Of a DNA stretch of 64,000 bases, positions 37,126 to 46,735 are shown piece by piece. The position numbers and the translations under genes were made by a program. Within the stretch, counting starts at the first letter, position 1. Each line of letters opens with the position of its first letter. The DNA comes from Lysobacteraceae bacterium (GTDB lineage: Bacteria > Pseudomonadota > Gammaproteobacteria > Xanthomonadales > Xanthomonadaceae): the NCBI GenBank assembly GCA_035686325.1, contig DASRZN010000196.1, forward strand, positions 2,006 to 66,005, in the 5' to 3' direction. The notes below the pieces were generated by a model, which was not told the origin of the DNA, did no database searches, and saw only the letters and a program-made list of their open reading frames with translations.

Positions 37126-39032
37126 GCGGACGCGCCCGCCGGCGTCGCCAGCGGCTCGTCGCTGAGGTAGGTGTAGGCGGTCAGCCCGGCCTCCAGCGCC
37201 GCGTCCAGGCGCGCCGCCTCGTCGCCGGGCAGCCGCGCGGCGGCGACCTTGTCGCGGTACGCGCGGCGCAGGTCGTCGAGCCGGTAGCCGACGTAGTCGA
37301 GCATCACGTCGGTGGTGTCGCCGCGCCGCTGCTGGCGGACGACGTAGTCGCCGTTGTCGAGGTGGACCTCGACCGCGTCGGTGTCGCCGAACAGGTTGTG
37401 GATGTCGCCGAGGATTTCCTGGTAGGCGCCGACCAGGAAGAAGCCGAGCCGGTACTGCTCGCCCGCGCGCAGCTCGTGCAGCGGCAGCGAGCTGTGCAGG
37501 CCCTCGCCCTCGACGTAGCAGTCGACCTTGCCGTCGGAGTCGCAGGTCAGGTCGGCAATCACCCCGCGCCGCGCCGGCGCCTCGTCCAGCCGCTCGATCG
37601 GCGCGATCGGGAACACCTGGTCGATCGCCCACACGTCCGGCATCGACTCGAACACGCTGAAGTTGACGAAGTACTTGTCGACGAGACGCTCGTCGAGTTC
37701 GTCGAGCAACTCCCGATGGTTGCGTTCGCGCACGTCGAGGCGCTCGCGCACCGCGTGGGCGATCGCGTAGAACAAGTCGTCGATGCGCGCGCGGTGGGCG
37801 AGGTCCAGCTGGCCCAGCGCGTACAGCGACAGGCCTTCGCCGTGGCGGTACTGCGCCTCGTGGAAGATTTCCACCGGCGGGCGCGCGCCGAGCTCGCCGT
37901 GCAGGTCGCGCAGGTGGCGGATCACCTGCGGCTCGTCGTCGTGCGCGTCGGGTACCCGGCCTTCCGGCGCGCGCTCGATCTCGGCGACGTTGGCGACCAG
38001 CACCGCGTGGTGCGCGGTCATCGCCCGGCCGCATTCGGTGACGATCCGCGGCGGCGGCAGGTCGTTCTGCGCGCAGGCCTCGGCCAGCGGCTGCACGATG
38101 TTGCCGGCGTACTGGTCCAGCCCGTAGTTGATCGAACAGTAGCTGCGCGAGCGGGTGCCCTCGTAATCCACGCCCAGTCCGCCGCCCACGTCCATGTACT
38201 TCACCTGCGCGCCGAGCTTCGACAGCTCGATGAAGTAGCGCGTCGCCTCGCGCATGCCCTTGGCGATGTCGCGCACGTTGGAGATCTGCGAGCCCATGTG
38301 GAAGTGCAGCAGTTGCAGGCAGTCGCCCATTCCCGCGTCGCGCAGGGTCTTCCACAGGTCGAGCACCTGGCGCGGCATCAGTCCGAACTTGGCCTTGTCG
38401 CCGCCGCTGTTCTGCCACTTGCCGGCGCCGAGCGAAGCCAGGCGCATGCGCACGCCGATGCCGGGGCGGATGCCGAGCGCGCGCGCCTCGTCGAGGATCA
38501 GCGGCAGCTCGGACGGCTTCTCGACGACGATGAAGGTCTCCAGGCCGAGCCGGCGCCCGATCAGGGCCAGGCGGATGTACTCGCGGTCCTTGTAGCCGTT
38601 GCAGACGATCAATCCGCCCGGACGCGACAGCGCCAGCACTGCCATCAGCTCCGGCTTGCTGCCCGCCTCCAGGCCGAAGCCCTCGCCGGCGTGCGAGGCC
38701 AGCACGCCGGCCACGCCCGCGTGCTGGTTGACCTTGATCGGATACACGGCGGTGTAGCCGCCGCGGTAATCCCATTCCGCCTGGGCGCGGCCGAAGGCCT
38801 CCTGCAGCTGGCGCAGGCGGTCGCCGAGGATGTCCGGGAAGCGCACCAGCAGCGGCAGCTTGGCGCCGTTCGCGCGCGCCGCGTCCACGACTTCCGGCAG
38901 CGCGATCGCCGGCCCGGCCGCGCCGCGCGGGCGCACCACGATCCGGCCCCCCGCATCCACGTCGAAATAGCCGCCGGCCCAGTGCGGGATCGAATAGGTC
39001 TTGCGGGCGTGGTCGGTGGACCAGGCGGTCAT
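37122..39032 (-). CDS. speA: Biosynthetic arginine decarboxylase
   Basis: 636 aa from MTAWSTDHARKTYSIPHWAGGYFDV. Contains YPIKVNQ (PLP Lys) and GGGLGVDYEG. The rest of the 1080-aa track ORF upstream is shadow. Confidence 0.95.
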   Translation of the reverse strand: MTAWSTDHARKTYSIPHWAGGYFDVDAGGRIVVRPRGAAGPAIALPEVVDAARANGAKLPLLVRFPDILGDRLRQLQEAFGRAQAEWDYRGGYTAVYPIKVNQHAGVAGVLASHAGEGFGLEAGSKPELMAVLALSRPGGLIVCNGYKDREYIRLALIGRRLGLETFIVVEKPSELPLILDEARALGIRPGIGVRMRLASLGAGKWQNSGGDKAKFGLMPRQVLDLWKTLRDAGMGDCLQLLHFHMGSQISNVRDIAKGMREATRYFIELSKLGAQVKYMDVGGGLGVDYEGTRSRSYCSINYGLDQYAGNIVQPLAEACAQNDLPPPRIVTECGRAMTAHHAVLVANVAEIERAPEGRVPDAHDDEPQVIRHLRDLHGELGARPPVEIFHEAQYRHGEGLSLYALGQLDLAHRARIDDLFYAIAHAVRERLDVRERNHRELLDELDERLVDKYFVNFSVFESMPDVWAIDQVFPIAPIERLDEAPARRGVIADLTCDSDGKVDCYVEGEGLHSSLPLHELRAGEQYRLGFFLVGAYQEILGDIHNLFGDTDAVEVHLDNGDYVVRQQRRGDTTDVMLDYVGYRLDDLRRAYRDKVAAARLPGDEAARLDAALEAGLTAYTYLSDEPLATPAGASA

Positions 39033-39176
39033 CGGCGGCGTCCGGGGAAAACAGCGGGCGCGCAGTGTAGCGCCGGGGGCGTGTACGCGAGCCGGGGCCG
39101 CACGGCGGCGCTTTGCTTGCGTCTCCGCCACCAGCCGTCCGCTACAATCCGCGCCCCCGCACGACGGACCGCCGCG

Positions 39177-40034
39177 ATGACCGAGCCCTCCTGGCACTAC
39201 GAGAACTTCGAACCGACCGGCTCGGCGATCGGCTACCGCGTCACCGGCAAGCTCGACGAAGTGCAGTCGCCGTTCCAGAAGATCGAGATCTACGGCACCA
39301 CCGACTGGGGCAATCTCATGCTGATCGACGGCGCGGTGATGCTCACCAGCCGCGACAACTTCCTGTACCACGAGATGATGGCGCACCCGGCCCTGTTCAC
39401 CCATCCGGCCCCGAAGCGGGTGGTGATCATCGGCGGCGGCGACTGCGGCACCCTGCGCGAGGTGCTGCGCCATCCGGGCGTCGAGCAGGCGGTGCAGTGC
39501 GACATCGACGAGCAGGTCACGCGCATGGCGGAGAAGTGGTTCCCCGAGCTGTGCGAATCCAACCAGGACCCGCGCGCGCGCCTGCTGTTCGACGACGGCG
39601 TCGCCTACATGCGCGACTGCGAACCCGGCAGCGTGGACATCGTGATCGTCGACTCCACCGATCCGGTCGGCCCCGCCCAGGGCCTGTTCAACCGCGCGTT
39701 CTACGAAAGCTGCTTCCGCGCGCTGAAGGACGACGGGATCCTGGTCCAGCAGTCGGAGTCGCCGCTGGCGCTGCTCGCGCTGATCCGCGAGATGCGCGCC
39801 GAAATGGCCAAGGCCGGCTTCGCCCGCTTCGCCATCCTGCCGTTCCCGCAGCCCTGTTACCCGACCGGCTGGTGGAGCTGCACCCTGGCGCGCAAGCCCG
39901 GCGGCGGCGACGGCTTCGGCTTCCGCGAGCAGGACGCGCGGACCAAGCGGTTCCCGACCCGCTACTACAGCGCCGACGTGCACCGCGGCGCGTTGGCGAC
40001 GCCGCCCTTCGTCGCCGAGGCCCTGGCCGGCTGA
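39177..40034 (+). CDS. speE: Spermidine synthase (polyamine aminopropyltransferase)
   Basis: 285 aa. Contains FQKIEIY, LIDGAVMLTSRDNFLYHEMM, GGGDCGTLREV and DSTDPVGPA. Divergent from speA. Confidence 0.93.
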   Translation: MTEPSWHYENFEPTGSAIGYRVTGKLDEVQSPFQKIEIYGTTDWGNLMLIDGAVMLTSRDNFLYHEMMAHPALFTHPAPKRVVIIGGGDCGTLREVLRHPGVEQAVQCDIDEQVTRMAEKWFPELCESNQDPRARLLFDDGVAYMRDCEPGSVDIVIVDSTDPVGPAQGLFNRAFYESCFRALKDDGILVQQSESPLALLALIREMRAEMAKAGFARFAILPFPQPCYPTGWWSCTLARKPGGGDGFGFREQDARTKRFPTRYYSADVHRGALATPPFVAEALAG

Positions 40035-40152
40035 ACCATGCAGCCGGCAAAATGTGCCGGCCGTCGCAAAAACGGGCGTACGGGGTGCACCGGACCGCCG
40101 GACTGCCGACAATCCGGCGACTGGCGCAGGGGGGCGCCGGTAAGGAGTCCTT

Positions 40153-42084
40153 TTGCGCTTTCGCCGCGCCTGGTTGTTCGGGCTGCTGCTGCTGCTTGCG
40201 GGCGGAGGTTTGGCCCTGCCCGCACGGGCCGCTGCCGGCGATGCATTCGACGCCCTGTTCCGACGCCTGGAACGCGGCGAGATCTGGACCCTGGACCAGG
40301 CCGCCACCGACCGCCGGCTGGGTGACCTCGCCGCCCTGATCCCGCCCGGCGACGTCCATCGCACCCTGCTTCACCAGGCCCTGCGCTGCGACTGGCACTG
40401 GCGCAACGACCCCCCCGGGCAGCTCGCCGACGCCGAGGACGGCCTGCGCCGCGCCAACGCGGCCGCGGACGTCGAGGCCCGGATCCGCTTCCACTACTGC
40501 CGCGCCGCCGCGCGCGAGCAGGTCGACACCAATGCCTCCGCGCTGGAGGACTACGACGCCGGCATTGCGCTGGCGCGCGGCAGCGAGAACGAGCGCCTGC
40601 TCGCCGACGGACTGGCCGCGCGCGGCGGCATGCATTCGCTGCTGGGCGAACAGAGCCGCGCGGTGCTCGACTTCCTCGCCGCCCAGCGGCTGTACGAGCG
40701 CGCCGGCGCGCGCCCGGACGCCGAGTTCAACCTGCTCAACCTCGCGATCGCCTACCGGCGCATGGGCGACACCGCAAAGGCCGCCGATTACCTGCGCCAG
40801 AGCGAGCGCTTCACCGAGCGCAGCGGCGATTGGGCCGGCCTGAGCTCGACCCTCATGCAGCAGGCCTACCTCGCCGAGGATGCGGGCCAGCCGGACGAGG
40901 CGATGGCGCGCTACGAACGGGTGCTGTCCATCGCCCGCAAGCAGGACAGCGTGTACGACATGGGCGCCGCCCACCTCGGCATGGCGTTGCCCTACATCAT
41001 GCGCCGCGAATACCGGCGCGCGCTGGCCACGCTGGCGCAGGCCGAGCGCGAGTTCGCCGCCGCCGGCGACAATTCGAACGGCGACATGCTGGCCCTGCGC
41101 CGCGGCCAGGCCCACGCCGGCCTCGGCGAGCACGCGCGCGCGCTCGAGGCTTACGCGCGCGCGGCCGAGTGGATCGAGCGCAGCGGCAACCTGCGCTACC
41201 AGGCGCTGCTGTACGAGGCGCGCTCGGCCAGCCACGAGGCGCTGGGCGACAAGGACGCCGCGCTCGCCGACCTGCGCCGCTACATCGCCGCCACCGAGGC
41301 GCTGGAAAAGCGCAACCACGACCAGCAGGCGGAAACGCTGCGCTTCCAGTTCGACGCGGAGCGCGGCGAGCTGGAAGACCGCCGCCACGACGCCGAGCAG
41401 GCCCTGCGCGACCGCCAGCTGGAAACCCTGCTGAAGGCGCGCCGCTGGCAGCGGATCGCAACCGTGCTGGCGGGGGTGCTGGTGCTGCTGCTCGGGGTGC
41501 TCGTGCTGCGCCAGTTCGCGCGCATGCGCCGCCTGCGCGAGCTGGCGTCCACCGACCCGCTGACCGGCGTCGCCAACCGCCGCAGCATCGAGGTCCAGGG
41601 CGAGGCGATGCTGCTGCACGCGCGCCTGCACGGCCACCCGTTGTGCGCGCTGCTGGTCGACCTCGACCACTTCAAGCGGATCAACGACGCCAACGGCCAC
41701 CTCGCCGGCGACGAGGTGCTGGCGCGCGCCGCGCGTGCCTGCCAGGGCGCCCTGCGCCACGGCGACCGGCTCGGCCGGATCGGTGGCGAGGAGTTCCTGG
41801 TGCTGCTGCCCAACACCCGCATCGCGCAGGCGCTGCCGGTCGCGGAGCGGCTGCGCGAGGCGCTGCGTGCGCTCGACTGCAGCGATATCCCTGCGGATGC
41901 CGAGGTCACCGGCAGCGTCGGCGTCGCCGAGCTGCGCGCGCAGGACGAGGACCTGAAGGCATTGATCCAGCGCGCCGACCTCGCGCTGTACCGCGCCAAG
42001 CACCGCGGCCGCGACCGCGTCGAGGTCGCCGAGGACGCGGCCGGCCCGGCGCGCGAGCCGGCGGTCGAGCTGGAAACGGGCTAG
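40153..42084 (+). CDS. Diguanylate cyclase with periplasmic TPR-like sensor region
   Basis: 643 aa. TTG start 5 nt after SD aaggag. Signal peptide, about a 400-aa TPR-like region, one TM, then a GGDEF domain with active-site GGEEF and an RHGD (RxxD) I-site. Confidence 0.9.
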   Translation: MRFRRAWLFGLLLLLAGGGLALPARAAAGDAFDALFRRLERGEIWTLDQAATDRRLGDLAALIPPGDVHRTLLHQALRCDWHWRNDPPGQLADAEDGLRRANAAADVEARIRFHYCRAAAREQVDTNASALEDYDAGIALARGSENERLLADGLAARGGMHSLLGEQSRAVLDFLAAQRLYERAGARPDAEFNLLNLAIAYRRMGDTAKAADYLRQSERFTERSGDWAGLSSTLMQQAYLAEDAGQPDEAMARYERVLSIARKQDSVYDMGAAHLGMALPYIMRREYRRALATLAQAEREFAAAGDNSNGDMLALRRGQAHAGLGEHARALEAYARAAEWIERSGNLRYQALLYEARSASHEALGDKDAALADLRRYIAATEALEKRNHDQQAETLRFQFDAERGELEDRRHDAEQALRDRQLETLLKARRWQRIATVLAGVLVLLLGVLVLRQFARMRRLRELASTDPLTGVANRRSIEVQGEAMLLHARLHGHPLCALLVDLDHFKRINDANGHLAGDEVLARAARACQGALRHGDRLGRIGGEEFLVLLPNTRIAQALPVAERLREALRALDCSDIPADAEVTGSVGVAELRAQDEDLKALIQRADLALYRAKHRGRDRVEVAEDAAGPAREPAVELETG

Positions 42085-42119
42085 CCGCGTCGCTCGCCGC
42101 GCGGACGCCGCCGACCGGG

Positions 42120-42458
<339 letters not shown>

Positions 42459-42664
42459 TCACGCGGTCTCCATGTCGGCTCCCAGCAGGATACCGTGCCG
42501 GTGGCGCGCGCCGCCGGCGGCCAACGCACGGCGGGCTGTGTTCCAATACGGGCCCGCACGCCGGCCATCGGACTAGTCCGACGGTTCGGCGCGGCCCCCG
42601 CCGACGGCGCGGGTCCGGGACGCTGGCGATGCTGTAGGCCACCACGCGCGACCACGGAGCCGCC

Positions 42665-43003
42665 ATGAACGCCACCGTCAGCACCCCCCTCAGCACGAGC
42701 AGCACCTCGTTGACCAGCATGATCGACCTCGGCCACATCGACGAACTCGCCCGCCGCCTGAGCAACCTGGTGCCGCCGGCAATGCGCACGAACGGCTTCG
42801 AGGACCTGCGCGAGGAGCTGCAGGAGAACTTCAAGTCGGTGCTGCAGGCCGGGCTGGCCAAGCTCGACCTGGTGACCCGCGAGGAGTTCGAGGTGCAGCG
42901 CGCGGTACTGTTGCGCACCCGCGAGAAGCTGGACGCGCTGCAGCGCACCGTCGCCGAACTGGAAGGCGCGCGGGCGGCGCAAGCCGCACCCCCGCAAGCC
43001 TGA
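42665..43003 (+). CDS. ubiK: Ubiquinone biosynthesis accessory factor UbiK (YqiC/BMFP family)
   Basis: 112 aa. Contains the coiled-coil [27 protein letters not shown], typical of this family. Confidence 0.8.
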   Translation: MNATVSTPLSTSSTSLTSMIDLGHIDELARRLSNLVPPAMRTNGFEDLREELQENFKSVLQAGLAKLDLVTREEFEVQRAVLLRTREKLDALQRTVAELEGARAAQAAPPQA

Positions 43004-43014
43004 GCCCCGCCGCC

Positions 43015-44526
43015 ATGGGCCTGGCCCTCGTGCACAGCCGTGCACGCGCCGGCGTGCGCGCGCCCGCCGTGCGCGTCGAGGTGTACCTCGGCGGCGGCCT
43101 GCCGTCGATGTCGATCGTCGGCCTGCCGGAAGCCGCCGTGCGCGAAGCCAAGGACCGCGTGCGGGCAGCGATCCAGTGCGCGCAGTTCGAATTCCCCGCG
43201 CGCCGCATCACGGTCAACCTGGCGCCGGCCGACCTGCCCAAGGACGGCGGCCGCTTCGACCTGCCGATCGCGCTCGGCATCCTCGCCGCCAGCGGCCAGG
43301 TGCCGGCCGAGGCGTTGCGCGACATCGAGTTCCTCGGCGAACTCGGCCTGACCGGCGAGCTGCGCCCGGTGGACGGCGTGCTGCCCGCGGCGCTGGCGGC
43401 GGCGGCCGAGGGCCGCCGGCTGGTGGTGCCGACCGCCAACGGCGCCGAGGCCGCGCTGCCGCGCGACGGCCAGGCGAGTACCGCCCGCACCCTGCTGGAG
43501 GTCTGCGCCGCGCTCGACGGCCGGCGCACGCTGCCGGACGCGGAAGCACCCGCGCCCCGCGCCGCGCACGTCCCCGACCTCGTCGACGTGCGCGGCCAGC
43601 TGCACGCGCGCCGCGCGCTCGAGATCGCCGCGGCCGGCGGCCACCACCTGCTGCTGGTCGGGCCGCCCGGCTGCGGCAAGACCCTGCTCGCCTCGCGCTT
43701 GCCGGGGCTGCTGCCGCCGCTGGGCGAGGCCGAGGCGCTGGAAACCGCGACCATCGCCTCGATCAGCGGCCGCGGCCTGGACCCGGCGCGCTGGCGCGCG
43801 CGGCCCTACCGCGCGCCGCACCACACCGCCAGCGCGGTCGCCCTGGTCGGCGGCGGCAGCCAGCCGCGGCCCGGGGAGATCTCGCTGGCGCACAACGGCG
43901 TGCTGTTCCTCGACGAATTGCCGGAGTGGGGCCGGCAGGCGCTGGAGGTGCTGCGCGAGCCGCTGGAATCCGGCGTGGTCACCATCTCGCGCGCGGCGCG
44001 GCAATGCGAATTCCCGGCGCGTTTCCAGCTGGTCGCGGCGATGAATCCCTGTCCCTGCGGCTGGGCGGGCGATCCCTCCGGTCGCTGCCGCTGCAGTGCC
44101 GACCTGATCCAGCGCTATCGCGCGCGCATTTCCGGGCCGCTGCTGGACCGCATCGATTTGCAGGTGGACGTGCCGCGGCTGCCGCCGGCCGAACTGCGCC
44201 CCGACGCGCCCGCCGGCGAACCCAGCGCGACGGTGCGCGCGCGCGTGGTCGCGGCGCGCGCGCTGCAACAGGCGCGCGCCAGCCGCTGCAACGCGCACCT
44301 GGACCAGGCGGCGACCCTGGCGCACTGCCGGCTGGCGCCGTCCGACCAGGCCCTGCTCGAACGCGCGATCGACGGCCTGCAGCTGTCGGCGCGCGCGATG
44401 CACCGGATCCTGCGCGTCGCCCGCACCATCGCCGACCTCGCCGGCAGCGAGGCGATCGCCACCGCGCACCTGACCGAAGCCCTCGGCTACCGCCGCCTGG
44501 ATCGCCGGCAGCCGCTCGCGGCCTGA
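43015..44526 (+). CDS. comM: YifB/ComM Mg-chelatase-like ATPase
   Basis: 503 aa. A Lon-like N-domain is followed by an AAA+ domain ([21 protein letters not shown]) and a C-terminal zinc motif (CPCG...C.C). Confidence 0.92.
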   Translation: MGLALVHSRARAGVRAPAVRVEVYLGGGLPSMSIVGLPEAAVREAKDRVRAAIQCAQFEFPARRITVNLAPADLPKDGGRFDLPIALGILAASGQVPAEALRDIEFLGELGLTGELRPVDGVLPAALAAAAEGRRLVVPTANGAEAALPRDGQASTARTLLEVCAALDGRRTLPDAEAPAPRAAHVPDLVDVRGQLHARRALEIAAAGGHHLLLVGPPGCGKTLLASRLPGLLPPLGEAEALETATIASISGRGLDPARWRARPYRAPHHTASAVALVGGGSQPRPGEISLAHNGVLFLDELPEWGRQALEVLREPLESGVVTISRAARQCEFPARFQLVAAMNPCPCGWAGDPSGRCRCSADLIQRYRARISGPLLDRIDLQVDVPRLPPAELRPDAPAGEPSATVRARVVAARALQQARASRCNAHLDQAATLAHCRLAPSDQALLERAIDGLQLSARAMHRILRVARTIADLAGSEAIATAHLTEALGYRRLDRRQPLAA

Positions 44527-44595
44527 CACCGGCGCCCGAGCGAGCGCTCCCGACCGCTGCCCGATGGCGCGAATCCCTGCGCCTTCCGCCGGCCC

Positions 44596-44655
44596 GTAGA
44601 GCGGAGCTTGCTCCGCTATCGTGTGCCTCCCACGGCGGAGCAAGCTCCGCTCTAC
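44596..44655. repeat. Inverted pair of REP-like elements (BIME-like)
   Basis: gtagagcggagcttgctccgc (44596..44616) and its exact reverse complement gcggagcaagctccgctctac (44635..44655), separated by 18 nt. Confidence 0.85.
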
Positions 44656-44672
44656 GCAATGTCTTGCACGCA

Positions 44673-45440
44673 ATGCCCGGATTTTTGCCCACCGACGCGC
44701 TGCCCATCCTGTACGAGGACGAACGCCTCGCGGTCGTCGCCAAGCCGGCCGGGCTGATGGTCCACGACAGCGCGCTGGCGCGCGGCGAAACCGACTTCGC
44801 CGCCGACCGCCTGCGCGCGCAGTTCGCCAGGCCGGTGTTCCTGGTGCACCGCCTGGACCGCGCCACCAGCGGCTGCCTGCTGGTCGCCTTCGACCGCGAC
44901 GCCGCCTCCGCGCTGGGCAAGGCGCTGATGGCCAGCGCGCCGCCGGTCGATCCGGCCGCGCGCGCGGCCGCGGTGCGCGCCGCGTTCGACAAGGAATACC
45001 TGGCGGTCTGCCGCGGCTGGCCGGAGCCGGCGTTCGTCATCGACCATCCGCTGGACGGCGGCCCCGGCAAGCCGTTGAAGAAGGAAGCGGTGACCGCCTT
45101 CGAGCGACTTGCCACCTGCGAGCTCTCCCTGCCCTCGGCCGGCTTTCCGACCTCCCGTTACGCGCTGCTGCGCGCGCGCCCGCTCACCGGCCGCTTTCGC
45201 CAGATCCGCCGACACCTCAAGCACGCCTCGCACCACCTGGTCGGCGACAGCAGCCACGGCGACGGCCGCCACAACCGCAACTTCCGCATGCTCGGCATCC
45301 ACCGCATGCTGCTGCACGCCTGGCGGCTGCGCTTCCCGCACCCGGCGACGGGCGCCACGGTGGTGGTGACCGCGCCGCCCGACGACGCCTTCCGGCGCGC
45401 GCTCGCGCTGTTCGACGCCGTGCCGCCCGACCTCGCCTGA
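44673..45440 (+). CDS. truC: tRNA pseudouridine(65) synthase TruC
   Basis: 255 aa. Contains ILYEDERLAVVAKPAG, HRLDRATSG, KEYLAVCRGW, and RQIRRHLKH..HHLVGDS.HGDGR.NR, which aligns by eye with E. coli TruC. Confidence 0.88.
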   Translation: MPGFLPTDALPILYEDERLAVVAKPAGLMVHDSALARGETDFAADRLRAQFARPVFLVHRLDRATSGCLLVAFDRDAASALGKALMASAPPVDPAARAAAVRAAFDKEYLAVCRGWPEPAFVIDHPLDGGPGKPLKKEAVTAFERLATCELSLPSAGFPTSRYALLRARPLTGRFRQIRRHLKHASHHLVGDSSHGDGRHNRNFRMLGIHRMLLHAWRLRFPHPATGATVVVTAPPDDAFRRALALFDAVPPDLA

Positions 45441-45488
45441 CCCGCGCGACCCATTCCGCATGCGCGCGCCGCCCCTACAATCCCCCGC

Positions 45489-45908
45489 ATGCTGCAGGTC
45501 TCGCCCACGCTGGAGATCCCCGACGCGGAGCTGGTCGAGCGTTTCGTACGCGCGGCCGGCCCCGGCGGGCAGAACGTCAACAAGGTTGCGACCGCGGTCG
45601 AGTTGCGCTTCGACGTGGCAGGCTCGCCGTCGCTTCCCGAGGCGGTGCGTGCGCGGCTGCTCGCCCGCCGCGACCGCCGCCTGACCGACGCCGGCACCCT
45701 GGTGATCAGCGCCCAGCGCTTCCGCACCCAGGAACGCAATCGCGAGGACGCGCGCGAACGCCTGGCCGCCTTCATCGCCGCCGGCCTGCGCGCGCCGACC
45801 CCGCGCATCGCCACCCGCCCCACCCGCGCCTCCAGGCAGCGCCGGCTGGAGGCCAAGCGCGGCCGCAGCACGCTCAAGCGCGAGCGGACCCGTCGCGACT
45901 GGGACTGA
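45489..45908 (+). CDS. arfB: Alternative ribosome-rescue factor ArfB (peptidyl-tRNA hydrolase, YaeJ)
   Basis: 139 aa with the GGQ motif (GPGGQNVNKVATAV) and a basic C-terminal tail. Confidence 0.92.
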   Translation: MLQVSPTLEIPDAELVERFVRAAGPGGQNVNKVATAVELRFDVAGSPSLPEAVRARLLARRDRRLTDAGTLVISAQRFRTQERNREDARERLAAFIAAGLRAPTPRIATRPTRASRQRRLEAKRGRSTLKRERTRRDWD

Positions 45909-45911
45909 CGC

Positions 45912-46538
45912 ATGGCCGATGCCCCCCTGCAACCCGTCCTCCCGCCGCCGGGATCGATCCTGCCGCTGCCGCCCCATGCCCCCCGCGTTCCGCCCAACCG
46001 ATTCACCCGCTGGGTCGGGCGCACGGTGCTGCGGCTGGGCGGTTGGCGCATGGTCGGGGCGTTTCCCGACATCCCGAAGCTGGTCCTGATCGGCGCGCCG
46101 CACTCGTCGAACTGGGACGGGATCTGGGGCTTCGCCGCCAAGCTCGCGCTCGGGCTGGACATTCGCATTCTCGGCAAGCACCAGCTGTTCTGGTGGCCGC
46201 TCGGGGTGCTGCTGCGCCGGCTCGGCGTGATCTCGGTGGACCGCACCGCGGCGCAGGGCGTGGTCGAGCAGGCGGCGGCGCTGATTGTCAGTGCCGAACA
46301 ATTTTGGTTCGGTTTGGCCCCTGAGGGCACACGCAAGCCGGTCGAGCACTGGAAACCGGGGTTCTGGAAGATCGCCCACGCCGCTGGCGTGCCGGTGCTG
46401 CCGGCCTACTTCCACTACCCGGACAAGGTCATCGGGATCGGACCGCCGTTCGACCTCGGGGACGACATGGCCGCCGACATCGCCCGCATCCGCGCCTGGT
46501 ACCGCCCGTGGCAGGGGCGCCACCACGGCACGCCCTGA
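45912..46538 (+). CDS. Lysophospholipid acyltransferase family protein (PlsC-like)
   Basis: 208 aa. A variant of the HX4D block (APHSSNWD) and the PEGTR motif (APEGTRKP) are present. Confidence 0.75.
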   Translation: MADAPLQPVLPPPGSILPLPPHAPRVPPNRFTRWVGRTVLRLGGWRMVGAFPDIPKLVLIGAPHSSNWDGIWGFAAKLALGLDIRILGKHQLFWWPLGVLLRRLGVISVDRTAAQGVVEQAAALIVSAEQFWFGLAPEGTRKPVEHWKPGFWKIAHAAGVPVLPAYFHYPDKVIGIGPPFDLGDDMAADIARIRAWYRPWQGRHHGTP

Positions 46539-46587
46539 CCTTCGGCCTGCGCGTTCGTGAAAAAGCCGTGAAAGAATGTGACCGGGT

Positions 46588-46603
46588 TGGCACGCTTAGT
46601 GCG
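46588..46603 (+). promoter_or_regulatory. Candidate sigma54 (RpoN) -24/-12 promoter
   Basis: TGGCACG-ctta-GTGC compared with the consensus TGGCACG-N4-TTGC. The GG and GC dinucleotides have the correct 12-nt register. It lies in a locally AT-rich intergenic patch. Confidence 0.3.
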
Positions 46604-46653
46604 TAGTTACCGGCAGTAGCGCCTGCCTGGCCGCCGCACCCGCCCCTGCCCGA

Positions 46654-46735
46654 GGGACGCGCAGCGCCGGCGGCGGCCCGGGGAACCGACGAGACGAGGC
46701 CGCCATCCCGCGGCCCGTCGGCGTCCCGGTTTTTT
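46654..46735 (+). terminator. GC-rich compound stem-loop ending in a T6 run
   Basis: gggacgc (46654..46660) pairs with gcgtccc (46721..46727), with internal stems ggcggcc/ggccgcc and ccgacg/cgtcgg. It is followed by gg and T6 (46730..46735), abutting the stop of the convergent phosphatase gene. Confidence 0.4.
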
